Shown: one piece after another, positions 18,961 through 28,557 of the stretch
Layout: each line of letters starts with the position of its first letter
How positions within the stretch are numbered: the stretch's first letter is position 1
Virus record (IMG/VR): IMGVR_UViG_3300024265_000043
Span: 19,715 to 83,714 of that record
Strand: one strand, 5' to 3'
Length of the DNA stretch: 64,000 nucleotides
DNA from: a virus
Program-made: the position numbers and the translations under genes
Notes under the pieces: generated by a model
What the model saw: only the letters and a program-made list of their open reading frames with translations
Databases searched by the model: none
Told to the model about the DNA's origin: nothing

Positions 18961-19944
18961 TTAGAGTTCCATTTCGCCTTGACTATCTTTGGATTGTTTC
19001 TCTTTGACTATCTGCTTCCATCCAGCCAGGTGCTCTTCCATATATTCTATGGTTTGATGTTCAGGGTCATCTGCATTTTTGCATTCCTCGGAATACTCAG
19101 CCTCTGTAACCAGTCCAGCCTCTTTGGAATCATGCACAAATGAAATGAGCGCATTCTTGGCATCTGAAAGGGTTGGCTTCTTTTCAGGTTCGTCGTCTTC
19201 TGGCTTTTGATCGGATTCATCACGAGCTTCATCAGGAGTTTCAATCTCCTCAAATTGAGCAACAGATTCATCACTCTTAGCGCCTTTAAGCCTTTCTTTC
19301 AATCCATCAGTTTTAGACTCCGTTGCATCTTTAACTTGATCTCCTGTACTTATGACTTCAGCATTTTGGATTCTACCTGCTTCATCTGGATCGTACATGT
19401 TTGAGAGACTATAGGCAACTCTCGCACATTGGATGATAGATTTATGACGAAGCATTCTTTCAGGCCATTGCTGCCATGCTTTGCTTTTCGGCATAAAACA
19501 TTCTGCCAGTCTTTCCGTAATCACAGTCGGATGAGATCTATCTTTTCTGTAGATCGTTGTTGTGCAGGATTCGAGTTCGCCTTCATCATCAAAATTGGCT
19601 ACGCATTCTAATCCATCGTGCTCTGGTCTGGCGTTCATATAACTTAACCATCCATCAATTGGCACTATGATAGAAACAGCGCCATCTTTCTCGAACGCAT
19701 ATATTTCATTCGTGAATGGATTGAGATTATATTCTTTCGCGACGGCGAGGAACATTATCATTACTTCATTAGTTACGGTTTTACCCTTAAAACAAGTCGC
19801 CCTGATTGTATTCAGAAATTGTTCTTGAGTAACACCAACTTTGCCAGCAAAATAGCCGCTAAGGCCCTTTTGATTTACTTCAGGATTTGCTAATGCTGAT
19901 GATTCTTTTTTTGCAACCGCTGTAGTTTCTTTCTTCTTAGCCAT
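18961..19944 (-). CDS. bet: Bet/RecT-family single-strand annealing protein
   Basis: YNLNPFTNEIYAF, IVPIDGW, WQQWPERMLRHKSIIQCARVAY; AGGAG RBS before ATG 19944. Confidence 0.9.
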   Translation of the reverse strand: MAKKKETTAVAKKESSALANPEVNQKGLSGYFAGKVGVTQEQFLNTIRATCFKGKTVTNEVMIMFLAVAKEYNLNPFTNEIYAFEKDGAVSIIVPIDGWLSYMNARPEHDGLECVANFDDEGELESCTTTIYRKDRSHPTVITERLAECFMPKSKAWQQWPERMLRHKSIIQCARVAYSLSNMYDPDEAGRIQNAEVISTGDQVKDATESKTDGLKERLKGAKSDESVAQFEEIETPDEARDESDQKPEDDEPEKKPTLSDAKNALISFVHDSKEAGLVTEAEYSEECKNADDPEHQTIEYMEEHLAGWKQIVKEKQSKDSQGEMEL

Positions 19945-19955
19945 TTTTCCTTCTC

Positions 19956-20921
19956 CTAGATTGGATATTTTCTGAGTGTTCGTATTGGAGTAATTTTCGT
20001 GCATTCGTCAGCAATATCTGAGTATTTACTTCTCAAAAACTTAGAATCAATGCTCCTTCTAGTTGATTCTCTGAAGTAAATTTTCTGCCCTCCAGAAATG
20101 ACTGCCTGATCATCGCCGATTAACTCTTTGACTTTAGCTTTGGCAATTTCATTCATCGCCTTGGCTTCTTTCTCGATTTTGTCTATTTCATCCCATTCTC
20201 TCACTGCCTCAGCCAAGTCGGGGCGATCAACAAAATCATCTTTGACTGCGTTTTTATCGCCGACCGACAAGAGGTAGTCACCCTTACACGTTGACCTGAA
20301 GTTGCAATGAAGACAACGCTTATCATCATCTGAGAGACCCTGCTGATCAACTCCGCCTTCAACTTCTTGCCAGAATTCATCGGCTTTTGCCTCTAACATT
20401 TCGCCCATCTCTGGGTCATAATCAACTTCAAAATCAATGAATTCCCATGTCTCTGAGCAGAAGATTACGAATGCGCCCCATTTCCAACCCTTAATGTGCA
20501 TACCCCACTGGAGTTGCAGTATATAGGCATCATAAACACCATCATGTCTAAGTTTATGGAATTGGAATTTTGAGGCCATATTCTTGACTTCGAGTACTCC
20601 TGGCCCTCTTTCGTCAAAGGCTACGATATGACGATCAATATGCACGCCACAATGAGGTTTATCATTGATGTAAGCCATTTTGTTAATCTGGAATAATTTC
20701 ACGTCATGCTTATCTGCATATTTTTGAGCAGCTATTGGCTCAATATCATGCCCGCGCTCAAAGCGGTTATCGTCGTGAAACTCTTCATAATCAGGTTCAT
20801 GACCTGTTTTCTCAAGCCAAAGTTTCTTTCTGCAACCCCAAGGGAGTAAACTGAGAACTCCCCACCAATCACTGCCACCAATGGCCCTTGATCTTTCCTG
20901 TTTCTGCTGTTCGGTTAGCAT
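19956..20921 (-). CDS. YqaJ/lambda-exonuclease family protein
   Basis: IGGSD, RGHDIEP, ID...LEVK, Y..QLQW.M; paired with bet. Confidence 0.9.
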   Translation of the reverse strand: MLTEQQKQERSRAIGGSDWWGVLSLLPWGCRKKLWLEKTGHEPDYEEFHDDNRFERGHDIEPIAAQKYADKHDVKLFQINKMAYINDKPHCGVHIDRHIVAFDERGPGVLEVKNMASKFQFHKLRHDGVYDAYILQLQWGMHIKGWKWGAFVIFCSETWEFIDFEVDYDPEMGEMLEAKADEFWQEVEGGVDQQGLSDDDKRCLHCNFRSTCKGDYLLSVGDKNAVKDDFVDRPDLAEAVREWDEIDKIEKEAKAMNEIAKAKVKELIGDDQAVISGGQKIYFRESTRRSIDSKFLRSKYSDIADECTKITPIRTLRKYPI

Positions 20922-21179
20922 GATTCCTCCTTAATCTTTATCGAACATTTTGGCGAAAATAAGTATTAACATCATTAGAATCCCGACGAGAATATAATTC
21001 CCATCATTCGTTTCGAGTCCTATCAGTCCAATTCCCGCAGCCGCAAACGTTAAAATTACATATCCCATTTGTTGTTTCTCCTTTAATTACTGCCAGTGCA
21101 CCAACTCTCTGATCCGCTGTTTGCTAAACTCAGATTTAGAATTTCTTACTCTGTTTAGCGGTAGAAGATGCACCAGCAA

Positions 21180-21665
21180 TTATATGTCAAATTTCATCAA
21201 TTCTAAATTATAGCGCAGATATAAAGGGTGCTGAGGATGCCCTTTTCCAGTCAACGCTAGGCAATAAAGTTGCTTGCCGATTGAATATGCCAAGTCACAA
21301 ATCTTTTTGGCTCTCCCAATTTTTGCATGAGCACCCCAGGCGACTATTACCTCATGGCAGTCTTTCATAATTTGCAATAAATGCTTGTCATTGTCGGGCC
21401 CTATCGCATCACCAACCAGTTTTAGTTTCTTGGGATCGGTTGATCTGTATGCGTAGGCATTGCCAACAACGATTCCCCCATATCCCATTTGCTCTGCTCT
21501 CTTCATACAGCGCGATATTGTGGGATCATTGGATTCAGCATCAGCAGTGCTGGGATTCAGCATAATGAATCCGAGAAGCGGTTTATCCTCATCCCATATC
21601 CTATCAAGGCGGTATCTATAATTAGGTTCCCCAAATATTGCATCTGATCTAATCATGTTTGGCAA
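21180..21665 (-). CDS. DUF1643 family protein
   Basis: YRYRL.R.WD, FIMLNPSTAD...DPT, VIVAWG, G.P.HPLY. Confidence 0.85.
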   Translation of the reverse strand: MPNMIRSDAIFGEPNYRYRLDRIWDEDKPLLGFIMLNPSTADAESNDPTISRCMKRAEQMGYGGIVVGNAYAYRSTDPKKLKLVGDAIGPDNDKHLLQIMKDCHEVIVAWGAHAKIGRAKKICDLAYSIGKQLYCLALTGKGHPQHPLYLRYNLELMKFDI

Positions 21666-21909
21666 TCAAATCTACGAATCCAGCCATTGTGTACTCGGTA
21701 GATTCCCATTCTTCATCTGTGATGTCTTCGATATCAAATTCATCTTCAATAGTCATCTCTAATTCAACAACATCAAGAGAATCTAACCCAATATCATGGA
21801 TTAAATTTGCTCCCATGACAATTTTGGATTCATCTATGCTAATATCATTGACCCGATCATTTCTCAGCATGATAGTTTTTATCCTGTCAAATATTTCTTC
21901 TTTAGTCAT
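21649..21909 (-). CDS. acpP: Acyl carrier protein-like
   Basis: 86 aa acidic; DIGLDSLDVVELEMTIEDEFDI with the phosphopantetheine Ser. Confidence 0.88.
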   Translation of the reverse strand: MTKEEIFDRIKTIMLRNDRVNDISIDESKIVMGANLIHDIGLDSLDVVELEMTIEDEFDIEDITDEEWESTEYTMAGFVDLIAKHD

Positions 21910-21919
21910 AATATTTCCT

Positions 21920-22159
21920 TTATGCTATTCGTTCAACTTTTGCCCCATTGACTCCATCTTCACATGCTGTAGTCACTCGCAAATTTATATCTCTGATACT
22001 ACACCAGCTATCTTTTGCCTTCCTGACGAATGGCACTTTGACGCCTGGCAGGAAATAAGCCTCTCCAACTTCTGCGTTTAACAATATCTCAAATTGATAT
22101 TTCGTCGGTTTTTCGGCTCTTTTAATATCTGTTGCTTTTTTAATTGTTGGTACGGCCAA
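21920..22159 (-). CDS. Hypothetical protein
   Basis: ORF track; coupled in operon. Confidence 0.55.
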   Translation of the reverse strand: MAVPTIKKATDIKRAEKPTKYQFEILLNAEVGEAYFLPGVKVPFVRKAKDSWCSIRDINLRVTTACEDGVNGAKVERIA

Positions 22160-22409
22160 GAGTTCTGCTCCCTATTCTTTCCCCAAATCCACTATTAACA
22201 AAATTATCTACCTTCTTTTGAAGCCCTTTTGATACTGTCCCAGGTGTTTCCGTCAACCCCATTTCTAAATATTTATCAAATCGAACTATTTGACAAGACT
22301 TCAATTTTTCAACCGTTGTTTCATTCCCGCATCCTATACATGCTTTGGCGCAGAAACTAACAAACTTATCTTCATATTCCTGTAGCGTCATATATTGAGT
22401 TAATGTCAT
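22140..22409 (-). CDS. Hypothetical Cys-containing protein
   Basis: CAKACIGC; ATG overlaps the recombinase stop. Confidence 0.5.
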   Translation of the reverse strand: MTLTQYMTLQEYEDKFVSFCAKACIGCGNETTVEKLKSCQIVRFDKYLEMGLTETPGTVSKGLQKKVDNFVNSGFGERIGSRTLGRTNN

Positions 22410-23317
22410 ATAGTGAGCCCGCTTAATATGGCTTTCCCAACAGTTCCCTTTATGGAGGGGTGGCAATAAGTCTTTGCAATAACTTCTGGAGAGACGCCAA
22501 ACATCATGCTCAATTCTTTCTCGCGAAATATTGGGGTGATACCATCTTCTCCAGTTTGTTCATAAAATTTTGTAATGCAATAATGCCTGAATGCATGAGG
22601 ATGAACCCAGCCCAAATCTATTGACTTTGCAATCTCTTTAATGATCCCCCACATGCGATGTGTTGCGACCTTAAATAATGGATCACTGCTGCTCACATCA
22701 GCATAATCATTGAAAGCCTCCAACAATCTTGGAGTCAAAGGTACCATCCTTTCACCGCCATAGATGGATTTGCCCTCGGTTTTTGTTGATCTCAATGTCA
22801 CAATATTGTTTGGCAAATCGAAATCAGATGCTCTGAGCATTGCAATTTCATGGGCCCTGGCACCGAGACATATCATGCACTCCAGTAAAAATCTATCTCT
22901 GCCGGATGAATTCTCTCTGAATAGTTTAACATCATCTTCGGTGAGAATCTTTTTCGACTTAGCTTTGTCAGAAACGGATTTCCTGATTGGTATATTAAAT
23001 GACGGCGCATTCTTAATCGCTTTAATTTCCACGAGATAATCGTAATATTTCCGAAGTGCCGTCTTGACGTGCTGCCGATACCCAGAAGGATGCCCGCTAT
23101 TTAATAATGCATCGAAATATGCCCTGATATTGGCTCCCGAAGCGGCGGCAAGGCAACCATATTTTTTAATTCTATCAGCGTTTCCTTTTGGAATATCTAT
23201 ATTAGATATTGCCCAACGATTAAACATGCGAAGCCTGCTGACATTCTGACGGATAGTTTCTTCAGAAAGCGTAGATTGTGCAATAAGAAATTCACTAAAT
23301 CGGTTTTCCCAAGTCAC
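22406..23317 (-). CDS. Tyrosine recombinase (XerC/integrase-like)
   Basis: SAM-like N-domain; GARAHE (R), K, HAFRH, KTY; the usual LGH reads FGV. Confidence 0.85.
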   Translation of the reverse strand: MTWENRFSEFLIAQSTLSEETIRQNVSRLRMFNRWAISNIDIPKGNADRIKKYGCLAAASGANIRAYFDALLNSGHPSGYRQHVKTALRKYYDYLVEIKAIKNAPSFNIPIRKSVSDKAKSKKILTEDDVKLFRENSSGRDRFLLECMICLGARAHEIAMLRASDFDLPNNIVTLRSTKTEGKSIYGGERMVPLTPRLLEAFNDYADVSSSDPLFKVATHRMWGIIKEIAKSIDLGWVHPHAFRHYCITKFYEQTGEDGITPIFREKELSMMFGVSPEVIAKTYCHPSIKGTVGKAILSGLTI

Positions 23318-23492
23318 GATGTTGGCCTCGTTATAAGTTGGTAGTAAGCGCGTTTTATCAATGGATCATTTTCATACTGTTTAAGTCTTGCAGCAATTCC
23401 GTTGCCCGTCCAGTGTCCCTTTGCATAGCAATCATATCCGAAAACTTTTAAAACTTCAATAGGCTTACTCATCGGTTTTCCCTTATACTAAA

Positions 23493-23747
23493 TCAGTTAA
23501 TTCTGCGGTCTTTGGTGGTGCGCTTCTCTTCATACTTCATCGCATATTTGATTTGTCCAAGCGATGTAATCGGTTTATCATGGTCTATAGGTTTGTACAA
23601 ACCAGTTATAAATCCGTCTGGGCCATCAATTCGCCTCTCCTCACCTGAGCGACCTTCAATGCCTGCAAGCCTCTTCATCCAATGCGGCCATGCAGCACAT
23701 TCATCGCTAACTTCACGTAGGCGCTCAATAAGTTTTCGTTTACTCAT
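23493..23747 (-). CDS. Hypothetical protein
   Basis: ORF track; AGGAG RBS. Confidence 0.5.
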   Translation of the reverse strand: MSKRKLIERLREVSDECAAWPHWMKRLAGIEGRSGEERRIDGPDGFITGLYKPIDHDKPITSLGQIKYAMKYEEKRTTKDRRIN

Positions 23748-24025
23748 GGGGACTCCTTGGGTTGGGGTTTAAAATATCCCAGATACGAAATTTGTTTCAA
23801 CGATAGAAAGCCATTACATAACGAATGTTTTGGGATTGTATCTTCATTATGGTGCCACATAGATTTGCCGAGAAATCGCCAACTTATCGCCAGCCGTCTT
23901 GATGGGAACCCCGTCGTAGATCGCAACGAAAACAACACAACACCCCCACGGCTTTTGTATTCCATTTCATAGAAATACCAATATCGATAGCCCATATAAA
24001 TCAATATCGCTCTTATCCATTTCAT
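23744..24025 (-). CDS. Hypothetical protein
   Basis: ORF track; overlapping stop/start. Confidence 0.5.
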   Translation of the reverse strand: MKWIRAILIYMGYRYWYFYEMEYKSRGGVVLFSLRSTTGFPSRRLAISWRFLGKSMWHHNEDTIPKHSLCNGFLSLKQISYLGYFKPQPKESP

Positions 24026-24402
24026 CCCCTACCCTCCTTGTAAGCCAGGTAAAACGCCATGAGGAGGTCGGTGAGTTCAGAAAAAGCATAATGAGGTGGT
24101 AATAGTTTACCATATCGCTTGGGATATTGTTTACTCAAAATCTCCATTAAGGCTTTATAAAAGTAGAATTCATTCCTCACAAATTTCCTATCCTTCGTTT
24201 CCTCAAGTAATTCGCGGATCCTGGCGCGGGTTATTGTAGGATGAAAATGTCTTGGCTCCCCTTTTTCATTATTCCACTTAAAGGTTGGCCCGGCTTGATG
24301 TTGTTTATATGGTTCTTCCAATACTGTCCATCCGTTTTTATTGCGCCATGCCTCAAGCACAAACTCTCTGGCCTGGATCAATCCATCTTTAGATGTTTCC
24401 AT
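24022..24402 (-). CDS. Hypothetical protein
   Basis: ORF track; coupled. Confidence 0.55.
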   Translation of the reverse strand: METSKDGLIQAREFVLEAWRNKNGWTVLEEPYKQHQAGPTFKWNNEKGEPRHFHPTITRARIRELLEETKDRKFVRNEFYFYKALMEILSKQYPKRYGKLLPPHYAFSELTDLLMAFYLAYKEGRG

Positions 24403-24857
24403 GATTCCCTCTTTTTAATTTTAAGAACATTGCCGTTTGAAATATTATGAGATAGAGCAATAAGCCCCGTGCGCCTTTTGTCATTCAATATTTCTATAAC
24501 TTCATTTGCAGATAATTTTGATTGTGGTGAGCCCTCTCCAACGGCCATTCTGCCTTTACTGAGCGCATCGCGTATGTTATCCTTCTGCGTTCCTAAAAAT
24601 AGATGTTCTGGATTGATACATGATCTAACGTCACATTTATGGCAAACAAGCAGCCCGCTAGGAATAGGGCCGTTATGTCTTTCCCATGAGAGTCTATGCG
24701 CCCTATAATATTTCTTTTTGAATGTTATTTCCCCATATCCGTCAGCCTTAATATGTCCGCCCCATAGCCAGCATCCGGTGTTTGGTTCGGGATATGTGTA
24801 ATAATCAAGTTTATCATTAAGGCTCATGCCTCTAGTGGCGCGCCTATCCAAATCCAT
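24378..24857 (-). CDS. HNH homing endonuclease
   Basis: CWLW.G....GYG, AHR.SW, VCHKCD...CINPEHLFLGTQKDN. Confidence 0.92.
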   Translation of the reverse strand: MDLDRRATRGMSLNDKLDYYTYPEPNTGCWLWGGHIKADGYGEITFKKKYYRAHRLSWERHNGPIPSGLLVCHKCDVRSCINPEHLFLGTQKDNIRDALSKGRMAVGEGSPQSKLSANEVIEILNDKRRTGLIALSHNISNGNVLKIKKRESWKHLKMD

Positions 24858-24860
24858 CTT

Positions 24861-25229
24861 TTATTCCTTTATTTTAGTGAGTGATTCAGCGATAGCAATG
24901 ATGAGGTCAGAACGGTCAGAGGTATATGTTTTGCTATTGATAAATGCTGGATTTCCAACCATAATATTTACACGATACAACCTGCTCCCATTAACTGTTA
25001 ATGGTCGTTTTATCTCCCAATACCTCCCCAGAGTGTTGTCTTGCCACCACTCCAGCAATCCCATGATGATGTTGAGGTCGAGAAAATTGACCATCGTTAA
25101 AAATGCGTCTTCTGGTTTTGCAAAGCGCATACAACCTTCAATAATATTATACGAGTCAACCCCCTCCTTCTCCGCATACATCTCAGCTAGGGTATTTAAT
25201 TGCTCGGTAGTCAATTCTGGCTTATCCAT
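24861..25229 (-). CDS. Hypothetical protein
   Basis: ORF track; GGAG RBS. Confidence 0.55.
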   Translation of the reverse strand: MDKPELTTEQLNTLAEMYAEKEGVDSYNIIEGCMRFAKPEDAFLTMVNFLDLNIIMGLLEWWQDNTLGRYWEIKRPLTVNGSRLYRVNIMVGNPAFINSKTYTSDRSDLIIAIAESLTKIKE

Positions 25230-25319
25230 CTTGCCAGTCTCCCCATGTTTTATTATACGCCCACCCGATTAAAGAAATGCCTATGATTATAAAAATGATG
25301 ATTCCTGCTAGAATCCACT

Positions 25320-25619
25320 TCATGATTTTTCCTTAAGAGCTATTCGTATAAGTTCTCCCAGCGATAACATTGCCCCTTCAAGATTTGGATGCTTTGGGTT
25401 AGCAATAATGCTCATTTTTAGTAATGATCCCTTGAGTCGCTCATTCTCAGCAGTTATGGCAACAATCTCATCACCCAATAAGTTCACAGAACAATTCGCC
25501 ATAGCAGATGAAATTTGCTCACTAAACAAGTCTTCAATGCACGACAGCGCCTCTTTTTGCGTTATGCGCAAGGAACTATAATTCATAAGTATGTTCTTCA
25601 AAACTAACGGTCTATTCAT
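25320..25619 (-). CDS. Hypothetical protein
   Basis: ORF track. Confidence 0.5.
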   Translation of the reverse strand: MNRPLVLKNILMNYSSLRITQKEALSCIEDLFSEQISSAMANCSVNLLGDEIVAITAENERLKGSLLKMSIIANPKHPNLEGAMLSLGELIRIALKEKS

Positions 25620-25977
25620 CTTTAAACCCTCTCGCCCTTGCATGGGCTAATATGCGGCGATCGAGGGAGGCGTTGTGGAATGCTTGTGGATCAGTGTACC
25701 TAGTCCCGTCAATAATTTCCTCTAAAGCATATGCGTAAGAACTATGATTGCTCTTCTTCCAATCTTCAATTTCGATAGATGATATGCATTCATAGGAGTA
25801 TACACTATCCAAATTATGGCAACAATTCCCCTTCGGAGTATGCCAGTGAGGTGTGAATAATTCCTGTACGCCCTTCTCTCCAGTCTCTATTTCTTCCACA
25901 GAAAGGGAACAATCTGTTACAATCTCGGCATATGTCCAGCCTAAATTCTTCAATAGCCATTTGAATACTTCCATCAC
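25612..25977 (-). CDS. Hypothetical protein
   Basis: ORF track. Confidence 0.5.
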   Translation of the reverse strand: MMEVFKWLLKNLGWTYAEIVTDCSLSVEEIETGEKGVQELFTPHWHTPKGNCCHNLDSVYSYECISSIEIEDWKKSNHSSYAYALEEIIDGTRYTDPQAFHNASLDRRILAHARARGFKDE

Positions 25978-26149
25978 ATTCCCTCATGTAGATACTGATG
26001 CACTGCATCAATGATTATCAAAGAGGCCCAAAACCCAAGCCCATAGACAATGCCGTAGACTATGCTGCCGATGAGCCCATGGAAGAACATCTCCCATCTT
26101 TCATCTGCTGTGGTATTCTTGATGCGTTGCCGCCATTTTGCGAGATTAT

Positions 26150-26383
26150 TCATTCTTCCTCCGCCTTGTATCCCGTTACTACAACTCCAAATATTCGTTC
26201 TATATCAGAGCATACGCTATCCGCATAAGAATCTCGGGCTTTACGATTAAGAAAATTGCTAATGTCAGACGGATCTCTTTCTAGCATTGTAGCCAGTCTT
26301 CTTTGGGTTGTTATCCCTCTTCCTCGAAAATGTTCAAGTAGATCATCAAGAGGAATATTTATCGTATTTACAATATTTACCAT
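26150..26383 (-). CDS. Cro/XRE-like HTH regulator
   Basis: TQRRLATMLERDPSDISNFLN helix-turn-helix; has its own promoter. Confidence 0.65.
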   Translation of the reverse strand: MVNIVNTINIPLDDLLEHFRGRGITTQRRLATMLERDPSDISNFLNRKARDSYADSVCSDIERIFGVVVTGYKAEEE

Positions 26384-26428
26384 TGGTTTGTCTTCATTAT
26401 TTCCATTTGTTCGTGTTCTGGGGTTCCA

Positions 26429-26457
26429 AACCTACATCCCGCTAATCACAATGTCAA
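26429..26457 (-). promoter_or_regulatory. Sigma70-like promoter upstream of the HTH gene
   Basis: TTGACA-17 nt-TAGGTT on the minus strand. Confidence 0.5.
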
Positions 26458-26460
26458 ATC

Positions 26461-28428
26461 CTATTTAGTAATTCTTTCTATTAATTCATCTACAGTGTTG
26501 AAATCGTCCCCTTCGCTAATAATTCCATCGGTGGCGGCATTCACTACCTTCCGCTTCGCTTCGATGATATCTTGAATCTCCAAATCAATAGTCTCTTCTC
26601 CGATAAGGTAATATGCTGTGACGGCATTCTCCTGACCAATCCTTAGCGCCCTATCTTCGGCCTGATCGTGCTCTGCTGGTGTCCATCCAAGTTCCAAGAA
26701 TACTAGATTGGAAGCCGCTGTTAAAGTGATGCCAACGCTACCTGCTTTAAGTGAGCATATAATAATTTTGCAGTCAGAATTTTGAAATCTATCTACATTA
26801 GATGCCCTAGTTGCAGCGTCATCTTCTCCCATGATTCTAGCAGCGTCTGGGTACTTTCCCAAGAGGGCTTTCTGGATTTCGATATGATTGGCAAAGACGA
26901 TCAATTTTTCATCAGTTTCAAGAAAGTTATCAATCCATTCGATTGCTGGATCCATTTTGCCCTTAGCGGATAATCCCTTCAGATGCTCAATTCTCGTGAG
27001 TTGGAGAGCCTTTTCGGCCTTGACTGCCTTTGATGCTCTATGAGTTTTAATAGCAACATCCTTCGCTTCTTGATTCATGTGCTGGATAGTATCTAGAAAA
27101 TTTTGCTCTACCTTGGCATTGTCCTTCAGCCATAGGATCAGATCTTTCTCAGCCGCTTTATATTGGGTTAAATTGGTGATCTGGATGGGTATATCAACGC
27201 GTTGCTTAGTAGGAAGGTCTGGAAGCACCTCGGCCTTAGTTCTCCGGATAAAACATGTGGCACGTAGTCTCTCATGCAATTCGGCCAAGTTTGATGATCC
27301 AGTTATATCATTCCCGAAGAATCCTTTCTTTCTATCGCAATATCTGCCAGTGAAATCATACCATCCGCCGAAATCTTCAAGCCTTCCAAGAATTTGAAGC
27401 TGAGAGATCAATTCAGATGGTCGGTTCATAATCGGCGTACCTGTGAGGGCAAATCTATATTGAATCTTTTTTGATAATTGAATCAATCCCCTTGTGCGTT
27501 GGCTTTTACCTGATTTCGCCATTTGAGATTCATCAATAATGAGAGTCTTGGGGAATATGTCCAGCAATCGCTCAATGATGCCGTTGCTACTGGAGCCGAG
27601 CCCCTTCTTTTTGCAATGCTCTTTTACATAAGCTTTGTCATCCGTTTTCCAAGGCTTTGTGGGTTCCTTGATGATAGCGCCAACATTTAATTCTTTCCCG
27701 TCCATATTCATTGGGTGAATGACTTCCCAAGTGTTGGGTTGCGGCTTGAGAATATCATAATTGAGGATCACGACATCATAAGAGCCAGGTAAATTGTGTA
27801 CATCAGGAGCCATATGCATCCTGCCATTGATGATATACGCATGGTAGAATTGCTTTTTCTCCGCTACGGATACTCTCTTGCCCTCTAGCCATTCTAAGGT
27901 CTCTTGGGCCCACTTGTGCTTCATTGACGCAGGCGTTATGACAACGGCTGGATAAGCGCCAAGGTCTTGAATGGTGGCGAGGGCTTGTATGGTCTTGCCT
28001 ACCCCCATATCATCGGCCATGAAGGTTCTCTCAGCCTTTATGGCGTATTCAACTCCCGCCTTCTGGAATGGATAGAGAGTTTTGCCCAATCCATCAACTT
28101 CGTATTCAGATGTAATTGCGCGGGACATATTGAGAAGGCTATTTTTATCTTTCCCGATATTGAGTAGCGCATGTTCGGCCTCTGGGGTGATCGTGAAGCC
28201 ATGTTTGGCTACGATATCGAATATTGGATTGACATTTTCCTGATTAATGGGAGCCGTCCACCATTTATTATCGCCGTCGTAAGTTCTAGCGGGGAGAGTC
28301 TTCACATCATCTACGACTGTTCTATTGAAGTCAAACAAGATGTATAGGCGTTGATTCTTGAGGAATATTTGACGGCCTTTATTCAATTGAGGTCTCCTTG
28401 TTCCGGTGTAATTTATCAGGCCAGCCAC
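26461..28428 (-). CDS. SNF2-family helicase (HARP/SMARCAL1-like)
   Basis: LYPFQ, ADDMGVGKT, IDESQ, LTGTPIMN, GITLTAAS, QAEDRALRIGQ. Confidence 0.92.
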   Translation of the reverse strand: MAGLINYTGTRRPQLNKGRQIFLKNQRLYILFDFNRTVVDDVKTLPARTYDGDNKWWTAPINQENVNPIFDIVAKHGFTITPEAEHALLNIGKDKNSLLNMSRAITSEYEVDGLGKTLYPFQKAGVEYAIKAERTFMADDMGVGKTIQALATIQDLGAYPAVVITPASMKHKWAQETLEWLEGKRVSVAEKKQFYHAYIINGRMHMAPDVHNLPGSYDVVILNYDILKPQPNTWEVIHPMNMDGKELNVGAIIKEPTKPWKTDDKAYVKEHCKKKGLGSSSNGIIERLLDIFPKTLIIDESQMAKSGKSQRTRGLIQLSKKIQYRFALTGTPIMNRPSELISQLQILGRLEDFGGWYDFTGRYCDRKKGFFGNDITGSSNLAELHERLRATCFIRRTKAEVLPDLPTKQRVDIPIQITNLTQYKAAEKDLILWLKDNAKVEQNFLDTIQHMNQEAKDVAIKTHRASKAVKAEKALQLTRIEHLKGLSAKGKMDPAIEWIDNFLETDEKLIVFANHIEIQKALLGKYPDAARIMGEDDAATRASNVDRFQNSDCKIIICSLKAGSVGITLTAASNLVFLELGWTPAEHDQAEDRALRIGQENAVTAYYLIGEETIDLEIQDIIEAKRKVVNAATDGIISEGDDFNTVDELIERITK

Positions 28429-28557
28429 TATTGCTCTGGTGTCCTTCGGGTCTGCATCCAGTACATGATTCTTGTTCGTCTTGATCCTCAGTCCAATAAT
28501 AATCTGTGGCAGTATTAGCTATAGTCAAACATGTCGGACAAATGAATATTGACATAA

